In this document: positions 39,593 to 47,863 of the stretch, piece by piece
Position numbering within the stretch: position 1 is the stretch's first letter
How the letters are laid out: each line of letters begins with the position of its first letter
DNA from: Alphaproteobacteria bacterium
Lineage (GTDB): Bacteria; Pseudomonadota; Alphaproteobacteria; GCA-2731375
NCBI GenBank assembly: GCA_965232515.1
Contig: CBDDPY010000002.1
Location: 288,001-352,000 of the forward strand
Length of the DNA stretch: 64,000 nucleotides
Direction: 5' to 3'
The notes under the pieces: model-generated
What the model was told of the DNA's origin: nothing
Databases searched by the model: none
What the model saw: the letters and a program-made list of their open reading frames with translations, nothing else
Translations under genes and position numbers: made by a program

Positions 39593-42500
39593 TCAGGCGA
39601 ACGCCGCGCAGTAACGCTGCCAGGTGGCGGCGTCCGGAATGAGCTCGATGAAGCGCGGATCGGCGTTCGAGCCGGCGAACTTGCGTTCGACCTTGACCGT
39701 GACCGAGGTGCTGAAGAACAGGATCTCGATCTCGACCTTCAGCGAGGCCTGGCCGCGCAGTTCCGATTTCTGGTTCGCCTTGTGATAGCTGAGCGACAGG
39801 TGGAAGGTCAGCGACACCGAGATCAGGCCCAGCACCGACAGCTCGCCGCCCATCTCGACGAAGCCCTCGAACAGCACGGATTCATCCGGGCCCTGCACCT
39901 GCCAGCGGAAATAGAAGCCGGCCTTCACATAGACGCCGCCCGACGCGACGCCGAGATTGATCGAGATCGAGGCGCCGAACTCGAACTGGGCTTCGACAAG
40001 CTCGACGCCTTCGGATGAGATGCCGAGCCCGAAGAAGCCGCCGCCGCCGAACAGCGAGACCGTCAGGTTGAAGGTGTTGTGCCGTTCGCCGAAGTTGAAC
40101 CGGACGACCGCCTTCTGGCCGGTGAACGGCAGCTCGAACCCGGCGCCCAGCGAGATGTTCTGCAACGCCGCGATGCCGACCGCCACGTCTGGCAGGCTCA
40201 GCGCGTAGCTCGCCTTCAGCCCGGTCGGCGAGATCGCCAGGTCGGGCGGATCGGAGAAGCCGTTGCTGGGGATGAACTTGCGCAGCTCGTTCACGAACTC
40301 CAACGGCCCGCCGAACGTGACCGCGTCGACGGGATCGAGATTGACGTCGACGTCGGGCTTCTTGCCGGCCTCGACCGAGAACACCAGTTCCCGGAACCAG
40401 ATGTGCACGAAGCCGAACAGGTTGATCTTAAAGTTCGTCAGCTTGGCGTCGGTGAAGCTCTGTGGCGCGCCCGGCGTGCCTGTGGGATCGATGGGCGTCA
40501 CCACTTTCGAGGTCAGGTCCAGCACGCTGGTGCCGCCGGCATTGGCGACGAACAGCGGCTTGCCGCCGTCGCCCAGATCGTCGCGGTACCAGCGGTAGCG
40601 CGCTTCGATCTTGTCCGGCAGCTCGAAGGTCTTGAGCTGCGGCACACTGCTGTCGCCGGTGGCGAACGAAATCAGCGAGAACAGATCTCCCAGGCTGACC
40701 CCGCCCAGGATGGTGACGTCCTTCAGCGCCGCCAGCGGGTCGAAGTCGCCGCCCGCGAAGGTGCCGACATCGCCGGCCACCGTGCCGAAGCTGCGCGACA
40801 GGCCGGAGATATCCATGTTCGGCGCGATGAAGCCGCCGACCTTGTCGCTCGTGTTGCCGGCGCCGAATGTCAGGGGCAGGGCGTTCGACAGCTCCAGGAA
40901 GATTTGGCCGGGATTGCTCGGCCCGAATTCGTCGTTCAGATAGCCCTGGAAGAACTTGACGGCGACGGTCTGGCCCTGGCCCAGCAGCCGGTCGAGCGAG
41001 CCGACATTGACGTCGGCTTCGTCGAACGCGGGATAGAATTGCGGCCGGTTGCTCGGCACCGAACCCGCCGGCTTCGCGCCCAGGAACGAGACGGCCTGCG
41101 TCGCGAAGGTGGTGTCGCCCTCGCTGTCGCCGGCGACCTCCTGGCTGGCGTAGCGGACGGTGGCGCCGCCCAAATCGGCCTTGCGCAGATCGGCCTTGGC
41201 GGCAAACGCGTCGGCCACGTCGTCGACGCCGGCCGGGATCTTGTTGACGATCTCCGACATGAAGATCAGCGGCATGGCGAAGGCGATCCGGTTGCCCGCC
41301 TTGTCCGTCGCCAACAGGTCGAACTTGAAGAAGTCGCCGCTGACCCGCGGCCAGAACGCCATGCGGCGTTTGATGCCGTTGTAACTGAGGTGCGGTTCCA
41401 GGCCGCTGGCGCCGACGCCGGGTTGCGCCAGGTTCGGCGTGACCTTGGTCAGCACCTCGACTTTCTCGAAGGGGAAATCGAGCGCGCCGTAAGCCTGCTT
41501 CGGGCCGGGATAGGTTTTCACCGGCTCGCGCACGACGATGAAGTAGCGCTGCCGCAGATAGGCCGCCCGGCCGGCGTTCTGCGGCATGTTTTGGAACTTG
41601 CGCTCGGTCACCTTGACCAGCGAGGCGGCGTGGCCGAAGGGATAGAGGAACCCGGCATAGATCACACGGACGTAGTAGTCGCGGGCCATGGCCGCCCGGT
41701 GCGTCCAAGATTCCAGATCGACCGCTTCCGGCCGGATGTTCCAATTGCCCTCGCTGTCGAGCCAGCCGCCGAGCGTGCTCAGCATCAGGCGTTTGGCCTG
41801 CGTCGGCTTCGGCGTGTACGCCGTGTTGCCGCCGGTCGGATTCGCCAGGTCCTGGCCCCAGTCGGCCGTCAACTGCACCAGCATCTTGCGGTCGAGTTGG
41901 GTCAGCGACATGCGGAACGGCACCTGCCCGTCGCTGGGATTGGGGTTCGGATAGTCGGGCGACCAGATTGCCCGCAGCATCGGCCGCGCCGGCCCGTCCT
42001 CGATCACCTCGCCGTCGTCCTTGCGGCCGAGCCGCGTGTGCCACAGCTCGGTGCGGTTCGCGTGCGCGACCGGCAGGTCGCTGTGCGTAAAGCCCGCCGG
42101 CTGGATCGGCGATTGGATCAGGCGATAGGGCAACTCGATCGCGGTGACGTGCTTCGGCGGCTCGTGCGGTGTCAGGATCAGCGGCAGCAGCGGCACGACG
42201 GACAGGTCGATGGCGTCGACCTCGAAACGGCCCGCCGTGACCTCGGTTGCCACGCGGCTGGCCACCTCAAGCTCGAGCAGCGACCGCGCACGGCTTTTAT
42301 CGGTATCGTCGAGACCACCCGGCAGGCCACGCAGGCCGGCAGACAGCTCCCGTTCGACAAGCGTGTTGATCGTCTTCGCATCGATGGCGCCCCGACCGGC
42401 CGAGAGTTGCTTCACGACGGCGTCGGCAACCCGGCCGCCGGCGCGGGTCATCAGTGTGCCGAGCTCCGCCGCGTCCGACGTCGTCAGGTCGCTGCGGATC

Positions 42501-43114
42501 TTTTCGAATGCCGGTTGCAGGAATGTCGACGATGCGACGCTCAGCAGGCTCTCGATCCGGAATCGTCGGCCGCTGTCGTCGGAGAAACCGGGCGGCAATG
42601 GTGCGGCCGTCCAGTCCAGGCTCAGCGGCCAGGTGCGGCAGGCGGCCAGCAGCGCGTCCAGCGTATAGGGGACCTCGCTCACCTGCATCGGCATAACGAC
42701 GACCAGCCGGCTGCGGCCGGCCATGCGCGTCTTCGCCAGCGCCGGTGGCGTCGGCAGGTTCTCCGACGGCTCGTCCGGCAGATCCGTATTGCCGACTTCA
42801 GGCGCTTCTTCCAGGAAGGCTTCGTCGGCAATGGCCTGCGGCGGAAACTCGACAATCAGCCGGGATGGACGCGACGGGTTCTTGCGCACCAGCTTCGGCG
42901 GGCCCGACGTGTCCAGGTCCATATTGTTGAAGATGAAGTCCAGCACCAGCAGGTCGTCGGCGCGGACGATGCGCTTGCGAAACTCCTGCGGGGTGACGAA
43001 GACGTCGCTGAAATCGAACAGCGTACTGCGGTCGAGGATCGGTGTGATGCGGCGGGCCGAAATCGTACGACCACCGCGCCGCATGGAAACGACCACACGC
43101 CTGGAATCCGCCAT
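39593..43114 (-). CDS. Very large uncharacterised protein (1173 aa) with a C-terminal amphipathic beta-strand region (DUF6603-like by recollection)
   Basis: AGGGGGG RBS; C-terminal alternating hydrophobic, Gly-rich strands ending 'WQRYCAAFA'; no signal peptide. Confidence 0.85.
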   Translation of the reverse strand: MADSRRVVVSMRRGGRTISARRITPILDRSTLFDFSDVFVTPQEFRKRIVRADDLLVLDFIFNNMDLDTSGPPKLVRKNPSRPSRLIVEFPPQAIADEAFLEEAPEVGNTDLPDEPSENLPTPPALAKTRMAGRSRLVVVMPMQVSEVPYTLDALLAACRTWPLSLDWTAAPLPPGFSDDSGRRFRIESLLSVASSTFLQPAFEKIRSDLTTSDAAELGTLMTRAGGRVADAVVKQLSAGRGAIDAKTINTLVERELSAGLRGLPGGLDDTDKSRARSLLELEVASRVATEVTAGRFEVDAIDLSVVPLLPLILTPHEPPKHVTAIELPYRLIQSPIQPAGFTHSDLPVAHANRTELWHTRLGRKDDGEVIEDGPARPMLRAIWSPDYPNPNPSDGQVPFRMSLTQLDRKMLVQLTADWGQDLANPTGGNTAYTPKPTQAKRLMLSTLGGWLDSEGNWNIRPEAVDLESWTHRAAMARDYYVRVIYAGFLYPFGHAASLVKVTERKFQNMPQNAGRAAYLRQRYFIVVREPVKTYPGPKQAYGALDFPFEKVEVLTKVTPNLAQPGVGASGLEPHLSYNGIKRRMAFWPRVSGDFFKFDLLATDKAGNRIAFAMPLIFMSEIVNKIPAGVDDVADAFAAKADLRKADLGGATVRYASQEVAGDSEGDTTFATQAVSFLGAKPAGSVPSNRPQFYPAFDEADVNVGSLDRLLGQGQTVAVKFFQGYLNDEFGPSNPGQIFLELSNALPLTFGAGNTSDKVGGFIAPNMDISGLSRSFGTVAGDVGTFAGGDFDPLAALKDVTILGGVSLGDLFSLISFATGDSSVPQLKTFELPDKIEARYRWYRDDLGDGGKPLFVANAGGTSVLDLTSKVVTPIDPTGTPGAPQSFTDAKLTNFKINLFGFVHIWFRELVFSVEAGKKPDVDVNLDPVDAVTFGGPLEFVNELRKFIPSNGFSDPPDLAISPTGLKASYALSLPDVAVGIAALQNISLGAGFELPFTGQKAVVRFNFGERHNTFNLTVSLFGGGGFFGLGISSEGVELVEAQFEFGASISINLGVASGGVYVKAGFYFRWQVQGPDESVLFEGFVEMGGELSVLGLISVSLTFHLSLSYHKANQKSELRGQASLKVEIEILFFSTSVTVKVERKFAGSNADPRFIELIPDAATWQRYCAAFA

Positions 43115-43263
43115 TACGCGCCCCCCTGTTGTTGTCGTTGGTCGTTCGGCAGGACCTAGACGAGGGAAAAAATCCCACCAAACGACACTAAAAGCCTAGC
43201 GCGGGGTGCGTTTCAGGGCCGAGGGACCATTCTGTGACCGCCATCAAGGGCGGCCGGCGGTGG

Positions 43264-44265
43264 TCAGCCCGTGCGGATAAATTTCTGGAAGGCGTGGCAG
43301 GTCAGCGGCGCGAAATGATCGATCGCACCCGATGCCTTTACCACTTCGCCGACATAAAGATCGCCGCGCGAGTCCGCCCAGATACCGTGCGGCGCGATGA
43401 AGTTGCCCGGCAGCACCGGGTTGTAGCCGCCGAACCGCGTCTGGATGTTGCCGTCCAGATCGCAGATCGTCACGCGCGCGATCGGCTCGTGTCCGATCGG
43501 CGGGCAATGCATCATGCAGAAGTGCGGCCGGTCCGTCGGCACCGGCGTCGACCAGCCCAGCTCGGCGATATAGAGGTTCTCCTGCTCGTCGATGAACAGG
43601 TCGTCTGGCCGGCTGACCCAGTCCCAGGTCGTGATCAGCGCGCCGTCGGCCGAGAAGATCTGGATGCGTGAATTCTCGCGGTCGGCCACGAAGACCCGGT
43701 TCGACCGGTCGACGGCGATGGCGTGCGGCAGGTTGAACTCGCCCGGACCGCTGCCCGGCTGGCCCCAGGACGCCAGCAACTGCCCGTCGGCTGAAAACCG
43801 GTGCACGCGCGCGTTGCCGTAGCCGTCGGCGATGAACATCTCGCCGTTGGCGCCGGTCGCGACGTTCGTCACCATGTTGAACGGGCCCGACGAATACTGC
43901 ACCGGCGAGACGCCTTCCTTGAAACCGGTGTTGGCGGGCTCGTTCGGCTCGCCCAGCGTCATCAGCAATTCGCCGTCGGTGGTGAACTTGCGCACCGTGT
44001 GGTCGAAATTGTCGGCGCAATAGATGTTGTCGTCGCGGTCGATGAAGATGCCGTGCGCGTTGGTGAAAATGTCCTCGCCCCAGGCATTGAGGAACTGGCC
44101 TTCCTTGTCGAATACGATGACCGGATGGTCGCCGCGGTTGAACACATAGACCCGGTCCTGCGAGTCGACCGCGACGCCGGCCACTTCCACGAACGACCAG
44201 CCCTCGGGCAGCTGCTCCCAGCCCTCCAGTACCTCGTATTCCAGCCTGTGCTCGCCCCACGCCAT
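43264..44265 (-). CDS. NHL-repeat beta-propeller, peptidyl-alpha-hydroxyglycine alpha-amidating lyase (PAL)-like
   Basis: NHL repeats 'GVAVDSQDRVYV', 'HGIFID', 'ADGYGNARV', 'FNLPHAIAVD', 'VADRENSRIQIF'. Confidence 0.85.
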   Translation of the reverse strand: MAWGEHRLEYEVLEGWEQLPEGWSFVEVAGVAVDSQDRVYVFNRGDHPVIVFDKEGQFLNAWGEDIFTNAHGIFIDRDDNIYCADNFDHTVRKFTTDGELLMTLGEPNEPANTGFKEGVSPVQYSSGPFNMVTNVATGANGEMFIADGYGNARVHRFSADGQLLASWGQPGSGPGEFNLPHAIAVDRSNRVFVADRENSRIQIFSADGALITTWDWVSRPDDLFIDEQENLYIAELGWSTPVPTDRPHFCMMHCPPIGHEPIARVTICDLDGNIQTRFGGYNPVLPGNFIAPHGIWADSRGDLYVGEVVKASGAIDHFAPLTCHAFQKFIRTG

Positions 44266-44300
44266 GGTTCGTCCCTCCCGTTCGGTCGCGGTTATTGTTG

Positions 44301-45188
44301 TTACGCCACCTGCACCTCGGTCACGCCGGCGTCCACGTCCGACACCGTGGTGCGATGCATCACGCGGCGGTGTTGTGAATTCCAGGGCTTGCCGCGGTGC
44401 ATGACGCTGCGGTTGTCCCAGATCACCAGGTCGCCGGCGCGCCATTTGTGGCTGTAGACGAAGCGGTCCTGCACGCACCATTCGTTGATCCGCCGCAGCA
44501 ACGCCCGGCTCTTGTCGATGTCCCAACCCAGGATGTGCGAAGCGTGGCTGCCGACATAGAAGCTCCTGCGGCCCGTCACCGGATGCGTGCGGATCAGCTT
44601 CTGCCGCACCGGCGGCATGGCGCGCTTCTCGTCGTCGCTAAAAATGTCGCCGACGATCAGGCTGCGGGAATAGACGATCGAATGCTCGCAGATGCAGTTG
44701 TCCAGATCCGCCTTGGCGATGCCGTCGGTCTCGTCGGGCCAGGCGTCATAGGCGGCGCGCGCGTCGGCGAACTCGGTCTCGCCGCCCTCGGGCGGCACCT
44801 CGCGGCCCGACAGGATCGAATACATCGCCGGCACCGGCTTGAACGAGCTGTCGATATGCCAGAGCTGGTTGCCCTTCATGTAGGTCGCGTGCGCGTCGTC
44901 GGCGGCCAGCAGCTTGTCGCCGTCGCCCACGTTCGAAAGGCGCGTTACCTGGCCGTGCACGCCGCCATACTGGTCGCGCGGCAGCGGCACCTCCAGCGGC
45001 CCGAAGCGCTCGGTGAAGTCGACCTGCTGCTGGTCGCTCAGGCGCTGGTCGCGGAACAGCAGCACGGCGTGCTCCGCCGCGGCCCGCGCGATCGCATCGA
45101 ATGTGGCGTCGTTGAGCGGCCGGCTCAGATCGATGCCGCCGATCTCGGCGGCGAAGACGGGTGTCAGTCTGGTTTGCTCGATCGTCAT
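44301..45188 (-). CDS. TauD/TfdA family Fe(II)/2-oxoglutarate dioxygenase (TfdA-like)
   Basis: 'GNQLWHIDSSF', 'GGETEFADARAAYD', 'WDNRSVMHRG', 'RVMHRTT'. Confidence 0.9.
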   Translation of the reverse strand: MTIEQTRLTPVFAAEIGGIDLSRPLNDATFDAIARAAAEHAVLLFRDQRLSDQQQVDFTERFGPLEVPLPRDQYGGVHGQVTRLSNVGDGDKLLAADDAHATYMKGNQLWHIDSSFKPVPAMYSILSGREVPPEGGETEFADARAAYDAWPDETDGIAKADLDNCICEHSIVYSRSLIVGDIFSDDEKRAMPPVRQKLIRTHPVTGRRSFYVGSHASHILGWDIDKSRALLRRINEWCVQDRFVYSHKWRAGDLVIWDNRSVMHRGKPWNSQHRRVMHRTTVSDVDAGVTEVQVA

Positions 45189-45313
45189 TTGCTTTCTTTG
45201 TCCGGTTATCGGCGCCCCGGGGTAAGGCCACGGTCTCGGCAATAAGGATAACCATTCACGCACGGCCGTTATAGTGTCGGCGGACGCTTCGAATTTGTGA
45301 GGTTGAATTCCGG

Positions 45314-45835
45314 ATGTTCGGCGTCGTCAACCTGCTCGACCGCATGATCCGGGGCTTCGGACTTTTCGTGGCCTGGGGGCTGCTGCCGCCGCTCATCCTG
45401 ATGCGCGCCTACGATATCGTGGCCAAGCAGTTTTTTGCCGTACCGTCGGCGCTGTTCCAGGTGTTGGAGTGGAACGCCTTCTTTCTGCTGGCGCTACTGA
45501 CGATCGGCTTCACCTACCTGCAGGATGGTCATGTCCGGATCGACGTCGTGCGCGACCGCCTATCGGCCCGCGCCAAGGCCTGGATCGAGATCGTCGGCTT
45601 CCTGTTCGCCTGCCTGCCGTTCTGTCTCGTGCTGATCTTCTATGGCGGGCAGTTCGCGATGATTTCCTATGGCGATCAGGAACCCTGGTTGTTCCCTGGC
45701 GTCGGCCTTTGGCTGAAGAAGGCGATGTTGCCGTTCGGCGGACTGCTGCTGCTCACCGCGGGCACCCTGACCACAGCGCGCAACGCGCTCTTTCTTTACG
45801 GGCGCGCCCCATCGCCCGCGCCCAACGGCGACTAG
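45314..45835 (+). CDS. dctQ: TRAP transporter small permease
   Basis: 4 TM; 'LEW', 'GHVRIDV'. Confidence 0.85.
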   Translation: MFGVVNLLDRMIRGFGLFVAWGLLPPLILMRAYDIVAKQFFAVPSALFQVLEWNAFFLLALLTIGFTYLQDGHVRIDVVRDRLSARAKAWIEIVGFLFACLPFCLVLIFYGGQFAMISYGDQEPWLFPGVGLWLKKAMLPFGGLLLLTAGTLTTARNALFLYGRAPSPAPNGD

Positions 45836-45853
45836 CACGGCGTCGGGCCGATC

Positions 45854-47227
45854 ATGATTTCGACATTCGTCGCCGAAAATCTCGCGCTGCTGATGCTGTT
45901 GGCCTTCGCCGTGCTGTTGTTCAGCGGCTATCCGGTCGCGCTGATTCTGGCCGGCGTCGGCCTCGCCTTCGCCTTCATCGGCTATCTCGTCGATTTGTTT
46001 CCGCTGGTCGCGTTCTACAATGTCCCGTTGCGGGTCTATGGCAGTATCAACAACAGTTTCATCTATCCCGCCGTGCCGATGCTGCTGTTCATGGGCGTGG
46101 CGCTGGAGAAGTCGGGCGTCGCCCGTGACATGCTGTTATGTCTGCGCCTGCTGCTCGGCCGGACACCGGGCAGCCTTGCCATCGGCGTCACGCTGCTGGG
46201 CATCCTGTTGGCGCCGGCGGCCGGGCTGATCGGCGCTTCGGTCGCGACACTGGCCCTGGTGGCGCTGCCGACCATGCTGGAGCACGGCTATCGGCCGACT
46301 GTCGCCACCGGTTCGGTGGCCGCCGCCGGCACGCTCGGCATCGTCCTGCCACCGGGGCTGATGCTGTTCTTCCTGGCCGAGCTGATGCGCGTTTCGGTGG
46401 GGCAGATGTTCCTCTCCACCATCGTCCCCGGCCTGATGCTGGCGCTGCTGTATATCGGCTACTACCTCATCCGCGGCCGGGCCGATCCCGGCATGTCGGC
46501 GCGCCGCGCCGATGCCACGATCGCCGCGGACGGCAACCTTCCGTTCTATATCCTGCGCAGCCTGGCCCTGCCGGCGCTGTTGATCGGTCTGGTGTTGGGC
46601 TCGATCATCGCCGGCTGGGCGACGCCGCCGCAATCGGCGGCCGTCGGCGCTGTCGGCAGCGTCGTGCTGATGGCGCTGAACCGGCGGTTCGAGCTTCGGT
46701 TGCTGCACGAGGTGGTGGTCAGCACGACGGTGATGACATCCATGGTGTTCTTCGTGGTCATCGCGGCGACGATCTTTTCCTACCCGTTTCGCTTCTTCGG
46801 AGGTGACGACCTGATCGGCGATTTTCTACAGGCGCTCGGCTTCGGTGACTGGGGCGTTCTTGTCGTCATTCTGCTGACGATCTTCCTGCTTGGGTTCTTC
46901 ATCGACTGGATCGAGATCACCATCATCACACTGCCCATATTTTATCCGGTGCTGGCCGGTCTCGATTTTTCCGCTCATGTCGGCGGCGCCGGGCCGGCCT
47001 TCGTTTGGATGGCTGTGCTGATCGCACTTGTCCTGCAGACCTCGTTCCTGACGCCGCCCTTCGGTTTCGCTCTGTTCTTCCTGAAGGGCGCGGCGCCGCC
47101 GTCGGTCCGGCTGACCGAAATCTATCTGGGCGTCGTGCCGATCGTGCTGCTGCAGTTGTCCGGCATCGCGCTCGTCATGACGCTGCCACTATTGGCAACC
47201 GCCCTGCCTCAGGCGCTGCTTCCGTAG
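45854..47227 (+). CDS. dctM: TRAP transporter large permease
   Basis: 'GYPVA', 'LEKSG', 'GTLGIVLPP', 'LQTSFLTPPFG'. Confidence 0.88.
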   Translation: MISTFVAENLALLMLLAFAVLLFSGYPVALILAGVGLAFAFIGYLVDLFPLVAFYNVPLRVYGSINNSFIYPAVPMLLFMGVALEKSGVARDMLLCLRLLLGRTPGSLAIGVTLLGILLAPAAGLIGASVATLALVALPTMLEHGYRPTVATGSVAAAGTLGIVLPPGLMLFFLAELMRVSVGQMFLSTIVPGLMLALLYIGYYLIRGRADPGMSARRADATIAADGNLPFYILRSLALPALLIGLVLGSIIAGWATPPQSAAVGAVGSVVLMALNRRFELRLLHEVVVSTTVMTSMVFFVVIAATIFSYPFRFFGGDDLIGDFLQALGFGDWGVLVVILLTIFLLGFFIDWIEITIITLPIFYPVLAGLDFSAHVGGAGPAFVWMAVLIALVLQTSFLTPPFGFALFFLKGAAPPSVRLTEIYLGVVPIVLLQLSGIALVMTLPLLATALPQALLP

Positions 47228-47239
47228 ACGGGTCGGCGC

Positions 47240-47860
47240 TTAGGGGCCGCGTTCGACGATGTCGTAGATCCAGGGCCGCGCCGCGCGGTCGCGAGCCTGG
47301 AAGGTACGGATCTCCTCCATCCGGCGGCGCGTGACGTCGATCTCGTCCAGGCCCTCCAGCAACGCCTCGCGCTGGGCCGGCGGCACCTCGAACGCGATCG
47401 CCTCGCGATTGGGCGGTCTGATCGTGCCGGCGGCGAGATCGATGGTCGTCGGGCCGGCCGCCGAGGCGGCGGCCAGCGCCTCGACCGTCTTCTCGTCCAG
47501 CACGATCGGCAGCACGCCGTTCTTGAAGCAATTGTTGTAGAAGATGTCGCCGAAGCTGGGCGCGATGACGACACGGATGCCCATGCCCTGCAGGGCCCAG
47601 ACCGCGGTTTCGCGCGAGCTGCCGCAGCCGAAGTTGCGCCCGGCGATCAGGATCGGCGCGCCGCGATAGGCCGGTTGGTGCAGCGGAAAGTCCGGGTTCT
47701 CGCTGCCGTCGGCGCGAAACCTCAGCGGCTCCAACGCGAACTGGCCCAGTGCGTCGCGCTCGTTGTCCAGCATGCGCTGCATCGGAATGATGGTGTCGGT
47801 ATCGACGTTTTGTCGCAGCAGTGGCGCGGCCGGGCCGATGACTGTGGTGAACTTTTCCAT
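47240..47860 (-). CDS. leuD: 3-isopropylmalate dehydratase small subunit-like (divergent paralog)
   Basis: 'NVDTDTIIP', 'NFGCGSSRE', 'SFGDIFYNNCFKNG'. Confidence 0.85.
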   Translation of the reverse strand: MEKFTTVIGPAAPLLRQNVDTDTIIPMQRMLDNERDALGQFALEPLRFRADGSENPDFPLHQPAYRGAPILIAGRNFGCGSSRETAVWALQGMGIRVVIAPSFGDIFYNNCFKNGVLPIVLDEKTVEALAAASAAGPTTIDLAAGTIRPPNREAIAFEVPPAQREALLEGLDEIDVTRRRMEEIRTFQARDRAARPWIYDIVERGP

Positions 47861-47863
47861 GGC

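Noticed and set aside
35488-43114. Interpreting the giant pair as a prophage tail, contractile injection system or two-partner secretion system
   Set aside because: No sheath, tube, baseplate, VgrG/PAAR, POTRA or signal-peptide features were recognised in or near the pair
35554-43159. Very long plus-strand ORFs (1362 aa and 1026 aa) antisense to the giant genes
   Set aside because: R/A/G/H/Q-rich antisense shadows typical of GC-rich coding DNA; the minus-strand frames have the RBSs and natural composition
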